A DNA stretch of 63,458 nucleotides, filler included, from Atractiella rhizophila (Eukaryota), in assembly GCA_021432655.1 (NCBI GenBank). It is 4 parts of 4 records of this genome, joined end to end, with 100 filler letters (N's around TTAATTAATTAA, not from the genome) between each part and the next. Parts side by side here need not be neighbours in the genome. Positions count along the whole stretch, not along the records: positions 1 to 30,676 come from MU271396.1; 3 more parts are not named here. One strand, written 5' to 3'. The notes under the pieces were generated by a model, which was given only the letters and a program-made list of their open reading frames with translations, did no database searches and had not been told where the DNA came from. Shown one piece after another: positions 12,838 to 25,962 of this stretch. A program made the translations under genes and the position numbers. Position 1 is the stretch's first letter. Every line of letters starts with the position of its first letter.

Positions 12838-14209
12838 GTGGTTTGGTGTGGTGGGAGCGCTTGGATTGAGTGGAAGGACAGAATTTGGACAACCAAGTCC
12901 TCCGACTCGAGTGCTGATACGAATCCCGCTGAATCTGAATCTGAGAGCCACGAGCTCGTCTCCAATGCTGTTATTTCTCCAGCTACTTCTTCTGCCGAGC
13001 ATGAGTATGGAGCGGAGAGTGGACAAGCTTCGGTACGTTTCTGTCGCTGAAGAAAAGCAGTGCATCTGAGGGTCTGCATAGGACGATGCTGAATACAGCG
13101 AACTGAGTGATTTTTATCTAACTCTGCGAGAAGTGAGCAATACATTGCACTCTGAGCAATTACACACATGCTGGTGGGCGAGCAGATCGTCACTTCGTCT
13201 TATGCGTCTGATGATGCACAAGTTGAATTACTCCACCTGACCTGATGGCAACTGCGTCAGCGCTCCTTTCGTGCGTCTCTTCAAAAATCAATGCCAATAT
13301 TTGACAACAATTAGCCGAATATATAATGACCGAATTTTTGTTTTGATTTACCTTTCTCATTTCACAAAGCCAATGGTGTGGTACAAGTTGGAGGACTCCA
13401 GTAGATGAACCCGCTGGCGGAGGCAGTCGTTTCGAATTTACACTTCAATTGTGAAGTGTACTTTTCGAGATCTACTGGAGTAATCCAACTTGTGCTGGAC
13501 CATTGGAAAATGGGGTGAAGATTTGAAGATTTGTGATTTGTACGTCGTTTTCTGGCTTCATTACGAATGCGATGACTCAATGGAACTTTTATCAATTGTT
13601 TTTGGAAAGGGAGGCTCGTTCGGTCGCTTCACACCGTCGAGCGCTGATGTAACGTTCATCGTCTAGCTCGCGAAAGCTCAAACGACCTGTATATACATAC
13701 TTCTTCAGAATGATTGATGACGATTACGATTATAATGTTTGTTTTATCGCAGACTACGTGTCATTTCCCCCGCCTCTTACCTAAATCTACCGGTTGTTAT
13801 CTTCACTCGATACTGCACTCGTCGTTCACACCCTCTCCTGGTGATAATAATGCATTGAATCTTTCTGACAGACTTTGCAATCCACTACTATTGGCCGACT
13901 CGGAGGAGTAGAATATTACATTATCTGGCTTGGAATGTACATAAAATCTTAAATATTTTGATGGATGTTGGCAGTACTAGTAGTATAACTTCCGAGTTGT
14001 CTTTTTCTGGAACTTCACGATAGGACACAATAAAATTTACAGAGCACCCACCCAATATTACCGCTACATTTCCCATTATTAATATCAAAGTAATTCATTG
14101 TCCTCCTCCACCTGCAGACTCTCCCTGGCCGTGTAGACAGGACGATGCCAGAGACCCTCTCTGCCATATGGTAGTTCCGGTTGTATTTTGCGAAGGCTGA
14201 CTTCGACTG

Positions 14210-15812
14210 ATGACGACGAAGTTCAGTTTCAAACTCACGCGACGCCAGCTCCTCCAGACGCTAGTTTTCCTTTCACTCAGCTTGGTCGTACTCTTCGCTT
14301 ATACTTCTACGCCTTCCTTGTCTAAGCTAAAACCGACTCAGCGTACGAAGGAAGTGGACATGTCTGCAGAAAATGCGAAGGTAGAGGAGTTGAAGGAGTT
14401 CCTGAGGCGGAGTAAGAAGAGCTTCTTGGAGGATTTGGATGAGGAGAAGTGGGTTATTGTGGTCGGGAACGAAGCTGGAGGTACTTTCTTTTTCTGCTTT
14501 TGATCCAACTTTCCAAAGTTTTACATCTGTACAATTCGTCCTTTGATGACAATTCGAGCTTGCCGTGATTTACAGCTGCGTTAAGAAAGTGGATCGTGAA
14601 CAAGCGTCACAGCTGTTGCAACTGGCAAACGTTCTAACGCGGTCTGATCAGATAAAAGCAACTGACCTATGTTCGCAGATCTTGACACCCTCTCCTCCTC
14701 GATCTCCTACGCATATCTCTCCAGTATCACATCCTCGTCCTCTTCTGCATCCTACATACCTCTCTCCCTTACTACCCATAGCGACTTCTACCTACGACGG
14801 GAGAACCTCTACGCCCTCTCTCTCGCTGGATTATCGCACGAAGACATATTGTGCATGGATGACCTACCGTTGACTTTTGGGGAGAAGGAACGAAAATGGA
14901 CCCTTGTAGATCACAATCGATTGGATGGAAAACTGAAAGGAAAAGTGGTCGGGATACTAGTGCGTTGTCCACTTCCCATCTTTCATTGCTTTAATTCTTA
15001 TATGAGGACAGGATCATCATGCAGACGAGGAAGCACACTTGGAGGCCTCTCCAAGAAAAATCGAAGCTACAGGCTCTTGCGCCTCCCTCGTCACTCAGCA
15101 TTTTGCACAGCAAAAGCTTCCCATCCCGCCATCAGCGACTAAGCTGTTGCTCTCCGCCATCCTCATCGACACCAACAACCTAGCCTCGAAGGCGATAGAA
15201 GCCGACTTCTCTGCCGTCCAATACCTCCAATCTCAATCCTCCTCACCTACATCCGAACTCCAAACAAACACTGTATCTTCAGAACCGAGCAACGCAGCAC
15301 TAACTTCCCGCCTGAATGAGCTGAAACTCGATCTTGCAGGTCTGGAAGCTCGTGATCTCCTACGGAGAGATTACAAAGAGTATTCTTCCACTTCCGGTCT
15401 ACGATGGGGACTATCAACTGTCCCCATGCCTCTCACCGCCTTCCTTTCTCGCCTCTCGCCTTCCACCGTCGCCTCTCTCGAATCCTCCACCGCCTCCTGG
15501 ATGGCCGAACGCTCCTTGTCCCTGTCTGGCATCCTAACTACCTTCCGTGAGCCTGCAGAATCGGGAGGGAAGCATAGGAGAGAACTTATGATATGCGTGA
15601 AGGAAGGAGAAGGGTTGGATGATGTCTTTGAGAAGATGGAGGAAGACGGAGTGCTCGAGTTGAAGAAGTGGAAGGATGCTGATGGTGAGAAGGTGAAGAA
15701 GAAAGAGTACGGGGATCTCTGTAGGGTTTGGAGGCAGGGGAATACAAAGGCAACCAGGAAACAGGTCGCGCCAATACTCAAAGGAGTGTTAGAGCGTTTG
15801 GGCAAGCTTTAA
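14210..15812 (+). CDS. PPX1: Exopolyphosphatase, DHH/DHHA2 family
   Basis: VVGNEAG|DLDTLSS, LVDHN, ILDHH, TGSCASLV, LLLSAILIDT, LLRRDYKEY, WRQGNTKATRKQVAP; alternative ATG at 14360. Confidence 0.92.
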
Positions 15813-16079
15813 TGTGGCAGTGGTCATGAACTCTGCGCTATTATGACACCACTGGAAGTTCGGAAGTTTAGGTGCTGCATTGTACAAGTAAAATGTGTAC
15901 CTTGTAACGAATATTAGAATTAAGCACGAGACGAAACCGTGAGGACAACAAGCGGGCTATAAGACGAAGACGGAGGTGAGCCCCGGATATATACAGATGC
16001 TACTGTTTTCTCTATTACGGACGGACGCCAAACCTCTATCAATCTATCCACTGTCCATTCACTCAATCAATGCTGAGTC

Positions 16080-19000
16080 TCAAGAAGCTTTCCTCTCGTC
16101 CTTCCCACTCATACTCCTCGTCCTTGATAAGGGCTCTAGATTAGGCACGGCTGTGGGTATCGATAGAGTGTTGGCAGCACGAAATGAGGGCAGAGACCCA
16201 GGATCTCCGTGCTCTTCGGCTACCGACGAAAGATGGGATGGAGGAAGAGCAGAATGATGTCGAGGCGATGGGAGGGGAGAGAGAGCCGGAGATGTTGACA
16301 ATGACGAAGTTGAGGAGTGGATAGTGACGATATGAGGGAGCTCAACGGATTTCTTCTTCTTGTGTTGCCCCGTTAGACTGATGAATTCAAGGCTGCCGTT
16401 CGTCCGCGAGTGTCGGTCTTGACCTGTGGAACCGGACTCAATCCCTATCCCTATCCCGTTCCCCGTTCCTCCCTTCCCAACGTTCCCGCTCTGGTCCATC
16501 AACGCTGGGCGTGAGTCAAACAAACAGTCTTCATTTAAGGAGGTGACGAACCAGGTGAGAATGTCCGTCGTCCATTAGGACTGCGACCGTCAGACGGACC
16601 GAGCCAAGGCGAGTTGAGTGAAATGGGGGACGCTGCTCCGCTTGGACTCCCATCTGGATCGTATTGATCTAGAGCGGTGGTGCTTCTGCGCATCGACTTT
16701 CGAGCTGCCTGACGTCGCGAGGCTGTGGCGTTACTGAAGACTGGGAGAAGAAATCTGCCGAGACCATGAGCCCGAATACATCAGCAACTTGGGAAGGACA
16801 AACCGCTCGTCTAGGACAGTAAACCATTGCCCGTCACGCCAAACAGCGTTACCACCCATCGCAGGGTCAGCCCCTCCTTGGGGTAACACCTCATCCCCTG
16901 AATCCATGGAAGCGAGAGAGACGTCAGAATTCGACCTCGGCAAGCTTCGATGAGACTGTGCAGCCGCAGGATTGAGATGATCTGCGGTTTGAGTGGACTT
17001 TCTCCCCCCATACACTCCATCGTCCTTATATCCACGTTCGCGATCGCGATCGTCCACCATTCCATATCCTCCCTCCTGGAAATATCGCATGTCATCTTCA
17101 TCGTCACTGCTATCCTCCTCATCGACCACTCCTGTCCGCACGCCAACGACCTCAATCATCTTCATCGTCGTCCCTCCAAACACCATCATACTCAATACCA
17201 CATTCACAAGCACCGTCGTCCTCAAACTTTTCGCATGAGGTCCCTCAATGCCAGCAGCAAGAGCGACGTCGACAGCACCACGTAAGCCAGCCCAGAATAA
17301 CATCATCTGGTGCGCATGCGGGATCTCGGGTTGTGGCGTATGGTCATTGGCGTAAGGGAGAGCGCCAGACGAGGTCGCATGATGATGAGAGACGTTCGCA
17401 CCCAAAGCTTGATCTTTTGCGCGAAAGATCCAGTTGATGGCGTTGGACAGAGGGAAGACAGCACAATAGCGAGCCATGACGACAGCGACCTTTGAAAGGG
17501 TGTCAGCAGATGAATGTGACCCAGTGATGAATCTTACCGCAGTGACTGCTATGAAGAGCGGCTTATAAACTAAGTCGGTTTGTGTGAACAGTGTGAGGCC
17601 AAGGTAGATAAAGATGAAGTTCTCTGAAAGCTGCGAAAGAGTGTGGAAGATGTATTTCGTCGTCTTCTGCGTCTTGTGAGACATGTTGTGGTAGGCGTAA
17701 TGTTTTAGCGTGATACCACAGAAGAGTAGTGATACGATGCCTGCAAGAAGTGTGAGAACAAGTTTGAAGCTGAAACCGACAGAAAACTAACCGCTGACAT
17801 TGAGCGCATTGCTAAAGAAATAGCTGGTATAAGCGATGAGGAACACCAAACATGTTTCCGTATCTGGCCATTCGCCCAATCTGCACTCTCACGTTAGCGA
17901 CCACAACTTTAAGCCGAGATGGGGAAAGGGTACCTTGAATGCTTGAGCATCAAACTACATCCTAATCCAAACACAGCTCCAAGGAACATGGATATGGAGA
18001 ACACGAGCAAGAAGACGCCGACTCCGTGAATCACAGAATAAAGCGATGGTACCATGGTGTGAACGTGCTTCAGAGTTCTGCGATGTTGTCAGTCATAGAG
18101 ACAGAGGTACGAATAAGAGAGAACTCACTCGAACATGACGATGGCTACCGCATCATTGAGCAGAGACTCGCCAAATATGACGGAATAGAGTTTCGGTTCT
18201 ACCTTCAGAGCATTGAAGATTGCTAACGAAAGAGATGTTAGTATATGATTTCTGGCGTTTAAGCAGTTGAACACGGTTAGAGAATAGAAAGGCAATTTCA
18301 TTAGGGCAAAAGATAACCTCGGGTCATGGTCGCAAAAGCTGTGTTCAACTAGACTGAACCAGTTATTTTCAGTGACCCGTCAGAAACTTTGCCGGTATTG
18401 CAGCAATCAACTACCACCAGTCCTAATGTTTGCTGCCCCTGCGCCGGATTGGATAGCAGGGCTAGTCATGGTATGCTATCAACCCTCATCTGCCTTCGAA
18501 CAGCCTTCTGTCGTGGCGTAGGCTTTGCCTTTGTGCAAATGGTAACACGTTCATGCCACCCCTTCCGTTCTATTTGGACGCCTACAGAAAACAGTGCTCC
18601 ATGCTTCTCCATGGAAGCGAGGCAGGGAATACAACTCTCCAATGTCAATTGTCAACAGACTCAACAATAACTAGACTCCTTTCACGGATGCTAATCTGAT
18701 CTGGATGACCCTCCTAATTGGAGTTCTCCATGCAGAATGAAGAGAACAAAGCGAGACAAGTGAATGAGGCAGGAGCATATCCTCCGAGTATCTCTTCCTT
18801 GGCTGAGATACCTTCTCCTTTTGTCAGAAAAAGGAGGCACAACCAGGACGATCACTCCTTCCTCCTTTCACTGCGTGCTTTTCGAAGTCATACACCTTTC
18901 TTGGAACCCAAGCCTCTGCTCCTCTCTCTCCTCAGAATAGACACGCACCAAGAACAGTGACCGGATCCGTTGCACTCAAAGAACTTCCAAAAATCAAACA

Positions 19001-19596
19001 CTCGATGATACCCGGCTGGAGTCCTTCGAATCCCAGCTGAGACCAGAGGAAAACGACAAGACCGATGACCATCGCAGAGATGAAAGTCCCCTATCCCCAG
19101 CCAACAAGGTTAACGACTGCACTGTGAGTAAGGAAGGAGGTATGGAGGGACATACGACGAATGCGAAGCCCAATATGACTCCAAAGCTCCGGAAAAAGTG
19201 TCTTTGTTTCAAGTCGTACCCGCTGGATAAGATGATGGGCGGGAGAAGGACGTTCATCATGATGGTGTGTTTGAAAGAAACCATGGACTGGAGCCATGTC
19301 CCCGGACTGACTCTCAGCACGAGACCTACCACCATGCCCATGAGGAGGGCGATGATGGTTTCGTGGACGGTGCGTATGCGTCGGACGCGGAGGGTGTATG
19401 AAGTCCAGAAGGAGAGGATGAGTAAAAGGAGGACGAGGAGCAGGGCTATGTTTCCCATTTTCACTATGACTTTTGGCAACAAAGAAAGAAAGAAATACGC
19501 ACCGCGTGATGACCATAACTCTTCAGTCTCGGCGTCCATTGGCGGGAGGGTTGGGTTGTCAACTTCCTCCTCTGGATTGGGTAGATCGCGGTCCAT
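16080..19596 (-). CDS. NHX1: Endosomal Na+(K+)/H+ exchanger (multi-exon)
   Basis: VHETIIALLMGMVVG, VLLPPIILSSGYDL, FGSSLSATDPVTVL|AIFNALKVEPKLYSVIFGESLLNDAVAIVMF, LSENFIFIYLG, FWAGLRGAV. Confidence 0.95.
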
Positions 19597-20276
19597 ACTT
19601 CTGACCGTGGGCTGGTGCAAAGTCGTATCGTCCGTTAAAAATTCAATGTTAATTTAGGGGAGCTGTGCAGCAAAAAAAGAGGGAGCAGGGTTGCTGTGAC
19701 TGGTTGGATGGTGGAGGGTTGAAAAGGGTGTTGTCCTTATTTGCGTCTTGTTTGTTGGACTGGAACCGCCTTCCAAAGTTCTCACACTCTCCGGAACTTC
19801 TTCCAATTTACGAGGCGATATAAATATTTATTATTATCGTCACGTAGAGCGCCAAGTTATTGACGGGTTCTTCACACTTCTATCTTTCTTACTCGGTCGG
19901 GCATTGTCAGCACATTTACGTTTCTAGGCTGAATATGTTTATTTCTTTCAACAGGTCGTTCAATCCCTCCAAGCGAGACCCCGACCAACTTCATCCAGAG
20001 GGTTCTGGAAGAAGTTTATCATCGTAGCATTACATTATACTGTGCAAAAAGAGCATTATTTTGCATTAAAAAATATTGATTAACATCATAATGCAATGCG
20101 CCCAGTAACCTGTATATTATTTTCTCTGTGCTTCGTCTCCTCCGAGGGTTCCTTGTCAGCTTTTCCTTTCCTGTGTGGAAGTCTCGAACCGCTCGAATGG
20201 GAACTGTTCCCTGCGGCTTGCATACACTGGTCTTCCATCTCCTATCTTCCTTGTCATCCCTATTCAAACATTCCCC

Positions 20277-21240
20277 ATGGACGCGTATCTGCCAAACTTG
20301 ATTTACCTGACTCCACCGACACTACAATTGAAGGTTGCAACAATGGCACTCACCAAGTGGTCCTGACTCATATTTACGAGATAATATCGACTGAATCCGA
20401 CAACCCCAGAAACGAAACCGAAAACGACGTCGTCTGAATGTGTGACTGAGATCCTGAGTCGAGTCTACTGGTACGTCCACTTAACAAGCGGTCTCGCGGA
20501 GGGCAGGCGATTGTTCCATCCATGTTGTGGATGCTATTGGTTCAGTCCCCCGGTCTCCAACACCTCATATTCCCTTTTGACCGTCAGTCCATCGCCATCG
20601 AACGATTTGAGACCTTCCTTTCGACGGATCCACCTCCAACCCAGCAGCGATTCAGGAGCGGCAGCTCGGTATACAGTCGAGCGGAACATCTTCGTGTATA
20701 TGGCTCTGCCAAATCTCCTCCTCAGCAAGATCCAGAAGCTTGCGACGGTCTCCACGAACTCTCGCACTGTTGCAGGAACTCGAAGGATGCACAACGCGCG
20801 TCTCTTGATCTTGCTGGGATGAGAAGTTTTTTGCAAGTCCAGAGTTTAACTAACCAAGTTAAAAGGTTACCCACCTGAGAATTTTGTTCAACCTGAAAAA
20901 CTTCATCCTTCAGAGTTACGATCTCACTCTTACCCATCCTATCTCGATTTTTGGCAATAGCAAGACGTTACGTTTACCTCCACCACCATCCAGCGAAGAG
21001 CCTCACGTCCATCTGAATTATGAATTCGATTTCAACGACGGCGGAGCATGGGTGTTCCGGGGACATCTTCCAGGCACATAACCAACCTCATGCATGGGAT
21101 AGACGAGGAGAAAGAAGCGGTTACTTAGACTCGTAAAGGCTCCGTGTGGTCTTCCATCGCTGCCCCAACCGGTCCAAAAAAGGACAGTGTAGTCTTCGAA
21201 TCGGAGGGAGAGAATCTTCTATCAAATCCTCTATCTTAAC
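20277..21240 (+). pseudogene. Possible degraded F-box/LRR-like gene
   Basis: Protein-like, Leu-rich reading frames (LQHLIFP..., LFNLKNFILQSYDL) interrupted by stops and frame changes at the edge of the repeat block. Confidence 0.3.
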
Positions 21241-21399
21241 GTATGGTTGCTACAGTTTTCGCCCGCGGTACCTGGCCGAGTTTGTACCTTCCCAAGAAGG
21301 CGCACCCTAGGTTCAACGACTGCAACGCTAGGGTTACCTGGGACGATTTGGACGGCGCTCTAGTCTCTCTTACAGAGGTACGTCTAAGCAACGCTACTA

Positions 21400-24300
21400 A
21401 CATAGATCTCTAACACCTGACCGCCTGGTAGGCTGTGACGTTCACGTTCGTCACTCGGTACTCTACCTTGATCTACAACTCAAGGGTTTGTGTATGGCAG
21501 TACCGCAGATGCTCGTAGAATAGGGTGAAGTGTGGAAAGCGAAGTATAAGGAATGGTTGGAGTCGTCGTTAAAGCAGGGTTTCTTGGTAGGGCAAGGAAA
21601 CGCGTAACGAGAAGCAGTGGTGGCAGTGTTTAAAGAAGCCAGAGCACTCTCGGTCGGAGCTTAGGCTTCGCGTATTATGCAAGTTAGGGCTACGCTCACT
21701 TCTACCTTTCGAGTCAGGGCTGGAGCATGCCACAAGGTTGCACCCTCGCAGGTGGAACTGGACGTATGAGAGGATAACGGGTATAGGTGTTACTCCGGGC
21801 TAACGTCTTACTCTCTCTCTTTACAACGGAAGTGTCAAGAGAGCATACTAATGGGTTAGGTTCAGGGGGCCAAAGCACAAGCGTTCTCCTCTTCATTGCG
21901 GAAACTTTTAAAACCAGCCAGACTGCAACCGCATAACAACTTTACAAACTGCCTACCCTTCCTACTCGCTGGTCTCCCTTTATACTAGGCCTTGTAGACC
22001 AGTTCAGTTCCATTCGGTCTCACTTCTTAGGTCTTCGTCATGTTCAACTGACTTTTCATAAGTTTAACTGCTTGTCACTCAACAATACCAAAGTCTCCCT
22101 TTCGTGAAGTCATAGCCGAGAGTTGCGTTACGACGAAGTCTTACCACCCTCTTCTTTGTCGACGCACGCTTTGTTACAATTAAAAAGCGTCGTAACAGTG
22201 TATTCACCATTAATTAATAAAGCACCCCACCCTTACCACACTTCTATAGGGGTGGGGACGTTCCGTTTAGACACGCATGGAGAGCGAGGTTGTCGTGGTT
22301 TCTTTTATCGGAGTATAAAAGATTCGAGTAGTTCAGGAGGAAGCCCTTACATTATAGGAGAGAAGAATATTAAGAGTCTCCAGGTTAGTTTGAGAAAGGT
22401 GAGTTTTCTTTTAGGGAGCTGACGTCGTTGACGAAGATTGTGGAGTTAGGGCCGTGACTATTGAAGACCGGGTTAGGGTAGAGGTCCATATCTTCGCTAC
22501 GCTACATGAGCTCTGTATAACCACGACTAAACACGCACTCCTCTTACTCTACCGGTTCCAGCTAGCAGCGTTACTAACTAGCTCTGGGCTAACAGCCTCA
22601 ACACCTCTTGTAACGCGACAGCGCGCAGAAAGACGCGTTCGACTTGGCAACTGAAAACTATATAAAAATAAAAACTCCGCTAACTCAGAGCCATACGATC
22701 CTATCTCGTACCGAGTTCACAAGTTCGCGAGTTCATATTGCCTTCGTGTTAGTTTCTCACACAACACTATGGTACGTTAAGCTTAAAGTGTGAAGTAAGT
22801 TTCTAAAATAGTTGTTGGAGAAAATAATCGTCGGTCTCAGACCCGTTTCGAGGAGCGCCCTCATCGGTCCTAGAACAACGAAAGACGTTCTAGGCAAGGG
22901 GGTATCAGATACTTGAACGCAGTCACTAGCTAGAGTACTCTTATCAGCTCTTTGTCTGTAGGTTGGAGGGATTGCCGAGCTTTGTACCGCTGTTCCAAGC
23001 AACGATCGCGCTGCAAGACTACTGAGAACTGTTACGGTTTATTGTGAAGCAGACCGTAAAAGACCATTTGCTGAAAGAAAGGGCTTCGACAGTACGACGG
23101 ATTCAGGAGTTGAAACCTGAACCTTTATTCTTACATGGAAAGCGTTTGCGAAGACGATGGACACGGCCGCATTACATAGGACCTCGCCGCTTGTGGACAA
23201 ACTGAGGTAAGAGTTGTCGCCGTTGCTGTATAAAAGGTATCAGGAGACCCTACAGCTACTAACCTTCTCCGCACAGGCCTAGTTCCCACTTTCTTTCGTC
23301 TATCCTCGGTAGCAGAACGAACGCTCCCTACTCAGGTCTCTTCACCAACGACCGCATCGATGGTCCAACGTGTAGCTCCTGGCAGTAAAGACCCTAGCTA
23401 GATCGCATCAGGCAGTGAAGACGAAATCGTAGCTTCGACGCGTAGGTAGCAGTCGAACCCCTATCTTTTCGCCTCGTCTTTCTTTGAGTATGACCAGCTG
23501 AAAGTGTCAGGGAAAACACTCGAGAGGATCCAATCACTCCGGCCTGGTTTGCTTTCAGAAGTGCGGAAGTCGAAACCGTGGCAGGTGGACACGAAACGGA
23601 AGGCGTTTCACGAAATTCTCGCCATTCAGTTCTCGTGTGAGCTTGTAAGCTTTAAAATGGAAGAGCGCTTTTAAAAGCTGCAGTATTGGACTGTCACGTT
23701 GGCGCTTCTGCTTTAAACGCGGCCGTTTTCGTAGAGAACGAGGAAGTTCGCAAGGTTATAGCCGCCGCTGTTAAAGCGTAGGGAAACGTCGCTCTCGAAA
23801 CCGTCTGAGAAATCTTCCTAGTGCTCATTACCGAGACTGCGCCATCCGGCACCCTCTAACTCGCTCTCGAAACTAGTGACTCGGAGGAACGTAAGGTCAC
23901 CTTGGCTGCTGGCGCTTCTCACCCCGCCTACCTAGTAACGACTAACAGTATAGCTTCTCCTCATTTAGACCAGTCCCAAAGCTCACTGACATCTGATAAA
24001 AGCTACAATAACAACTCCACACTTAGCGAGCAGAGAGAAAATACGTGCCAACCATTGATGAGCGGCGGCTTCCTCGACTGCCCCGAATGCTCGGTTCAGC
24101 CTCCAGTAGCATCGACCGCCGGGGTCTGTGTCTTACGACTTACTTCACTTTCGAGCCCTTCCTGCCACTCACGGAAAGCTCACCTCTACCTACTTCAGGC
24201 ATAAGCCTCCACTTTCCCTTGAAGAAAGTAAAAGGAAGGTTTTGACGTCGCCACCAAGATGGATCTAACCGAAGTATCGTAGTGCATTCACTGTGGCTAT

Positions 24301-24620
24301 ACTTTCAAACCAGAGAACCAAAGGACGGTTAGAGAGGCCCTCTTTTTCTGCTCGGCCGCGTACCCGGTTGCTAGTTTCTTACGTCTGTTCGAAGAACAGT
24401 TTCTGTTAACGAAGCTGGACTTGGCCGTCTTAAGTTATAGGTTCAAGAAGGGTTAGCGCAACGGCTGAGCCTACACCTTCACATACGTCCATGCGGCCCT
24501 ACCAGCCCAGAGCATTAACACGGTGGCTGGGGCCTAACGTCCCGCCGCCCAATCTATACCTGCACTCCATAAAGATCGCGCCAACAAAGATAAGCTACTG
24601 TCGCTAACCTGGTTATAGAT
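21400..24620 (+). mobile_element. Heavily decayed non-LTR retrotransposon (LINE) remnant
   Basis: Collinear relics: gaaagggcttcgacagt (EKAFD-like, 23077), caggagaccct (QGDP-like, 23241), ctcttcaccaacgac (LFTND from LFADD by G>A, 23338), and a C-terminal CIHC...LFFC zinc-knuckle-like motif (24283-24351). Boundaries approximate. Confidence 0.5.
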
Positions 24621-25843
24621 AAGGAGATTCTAAGTACATAGCTAGGAATGGAGGTTAGGAATGGAGATTTTCGGTAGGAATGGATTCGGTAGACAAGAAC
24701 CGTACTCAGTATTTCGCGTGAAAACTCGTAAGTATGGAGGGAGTGGTCCGTATAACTTTGCTTTACTTAATGTGGTAGAATGACGTATACGAACGCGGAA
24801 AGACTTCGGCGCTCCTTTAAAATAAGACTTCCCCCATTTTTTTACGCAAAGTATGACCTGAGCTTGGGAGTGTTCTCAGTGTCATCCCAAGTTCCCCGAT
24901 AGGGAACGCTCATCCAACTGAACATGTAGAGTTTCAGACTCTCTTTCTCATGTGACCGTCACTGCTTTGTTCACGGTGAGTATACGTAAGGCGGAATAGC
25001 AGCAGGTGGAGGAAGGGATCTTGGTTCGGCGTTTGAGGACCGAAAACTCGCGCCTTTATCCCCGTTCTACCGCACCTGAGACTTTCGTGTTGTGTAACCG
25101 TTAACCATGTCTTAGTAAGACCAGGCGGTTTGGTTTGTCTCTCTGTGCACGGCTAAAAAACTCTAATGAAATATACTGCTCCACCACAAGGTATAAACCC
25201 ACTCGACTGCACCACCTGTGCTTTCTCTATTAAGTTAATAAGTGTGTAAAAGACGGTTAACGTCGGCTCCTCTGCCATCACTAAATATCAAACTATCTCT
25301 TCCTTCACCTTGTACTAGTTCGCCGTTTCGAAACCTACACCCGGTTGCTCGCTCATTAAGCGAGGCATCGCTCAGGAGGTTTCCTATTTCGACGGAGAAG
25401 TTTAAGACTTCGAGAACCGTGCGCAGGCCAGGTCGTGTCTGCACAAGATACAGTCGCCATACTTTCAGCTACTACCGCCCTCTTGGTAGACTAGAAGACT
25501 TCTACAACGTGCCTATATGCAGCGCCACGTTCTTCGGGTGCGCTACGTTACACTGATGCAAAAGGGTCTCAATGTAGGATAGTGTAGCATACAGTAATAT
25601 GCTCGGTTTCGTACCTACATTGAGTGAACAGTGAGAGTCCGTCGAACCTGTTTAAGAGGTGGAGGTAGGGGTGTAGAAGTTCCTCGTCTTTCATGTAGCC
25701 TATCGAAAAAGGGTCAACGGTCCGCGGTATACGAAGTCCTTGTTTCCTGTCCGGTATGGCTCGCTCCGCCGCTATCTGGCTATGAAGTACCTCGTACCAA
25801 ACAAACTCCGAAAGTAGTTTGCAGAAACGTTACTGACTGCGCC

Positions 25844-25868
25844 NNNNNNNNNNNNNNNNNNNNNNNNN
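25844..25868. other. Assembly gap
   Basis: N run. Confidence 1.
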
Positions 25869-25962
25869 CATCCAGTGTTCCATGTAGGTCTAATACGAAA
25901 AGTCAACGAAGACGACATCCCGGGCAGAGTCCAGTTGCCCAAACCGCCTCCGGAATTGGTGA

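Noticed and set aside
16506..16803. Apparent stops or frameshifts near the NHX1 3' end
   Set aside because: Explained by two short GT-AG introns with branch sites.
18695..18812. TPP riboswitch-like words CTGATCTGGAT and GCTGAGA in the NHX1 intron
   Set aside because: Wrong order, on the antisense strand, and lacking the AATxCCAGCG continuation.
24642..24690. Three TAGGAATGGA short repeats
   Set aside because: Low-complexity tail of the decayed repeat; no evidence of function.
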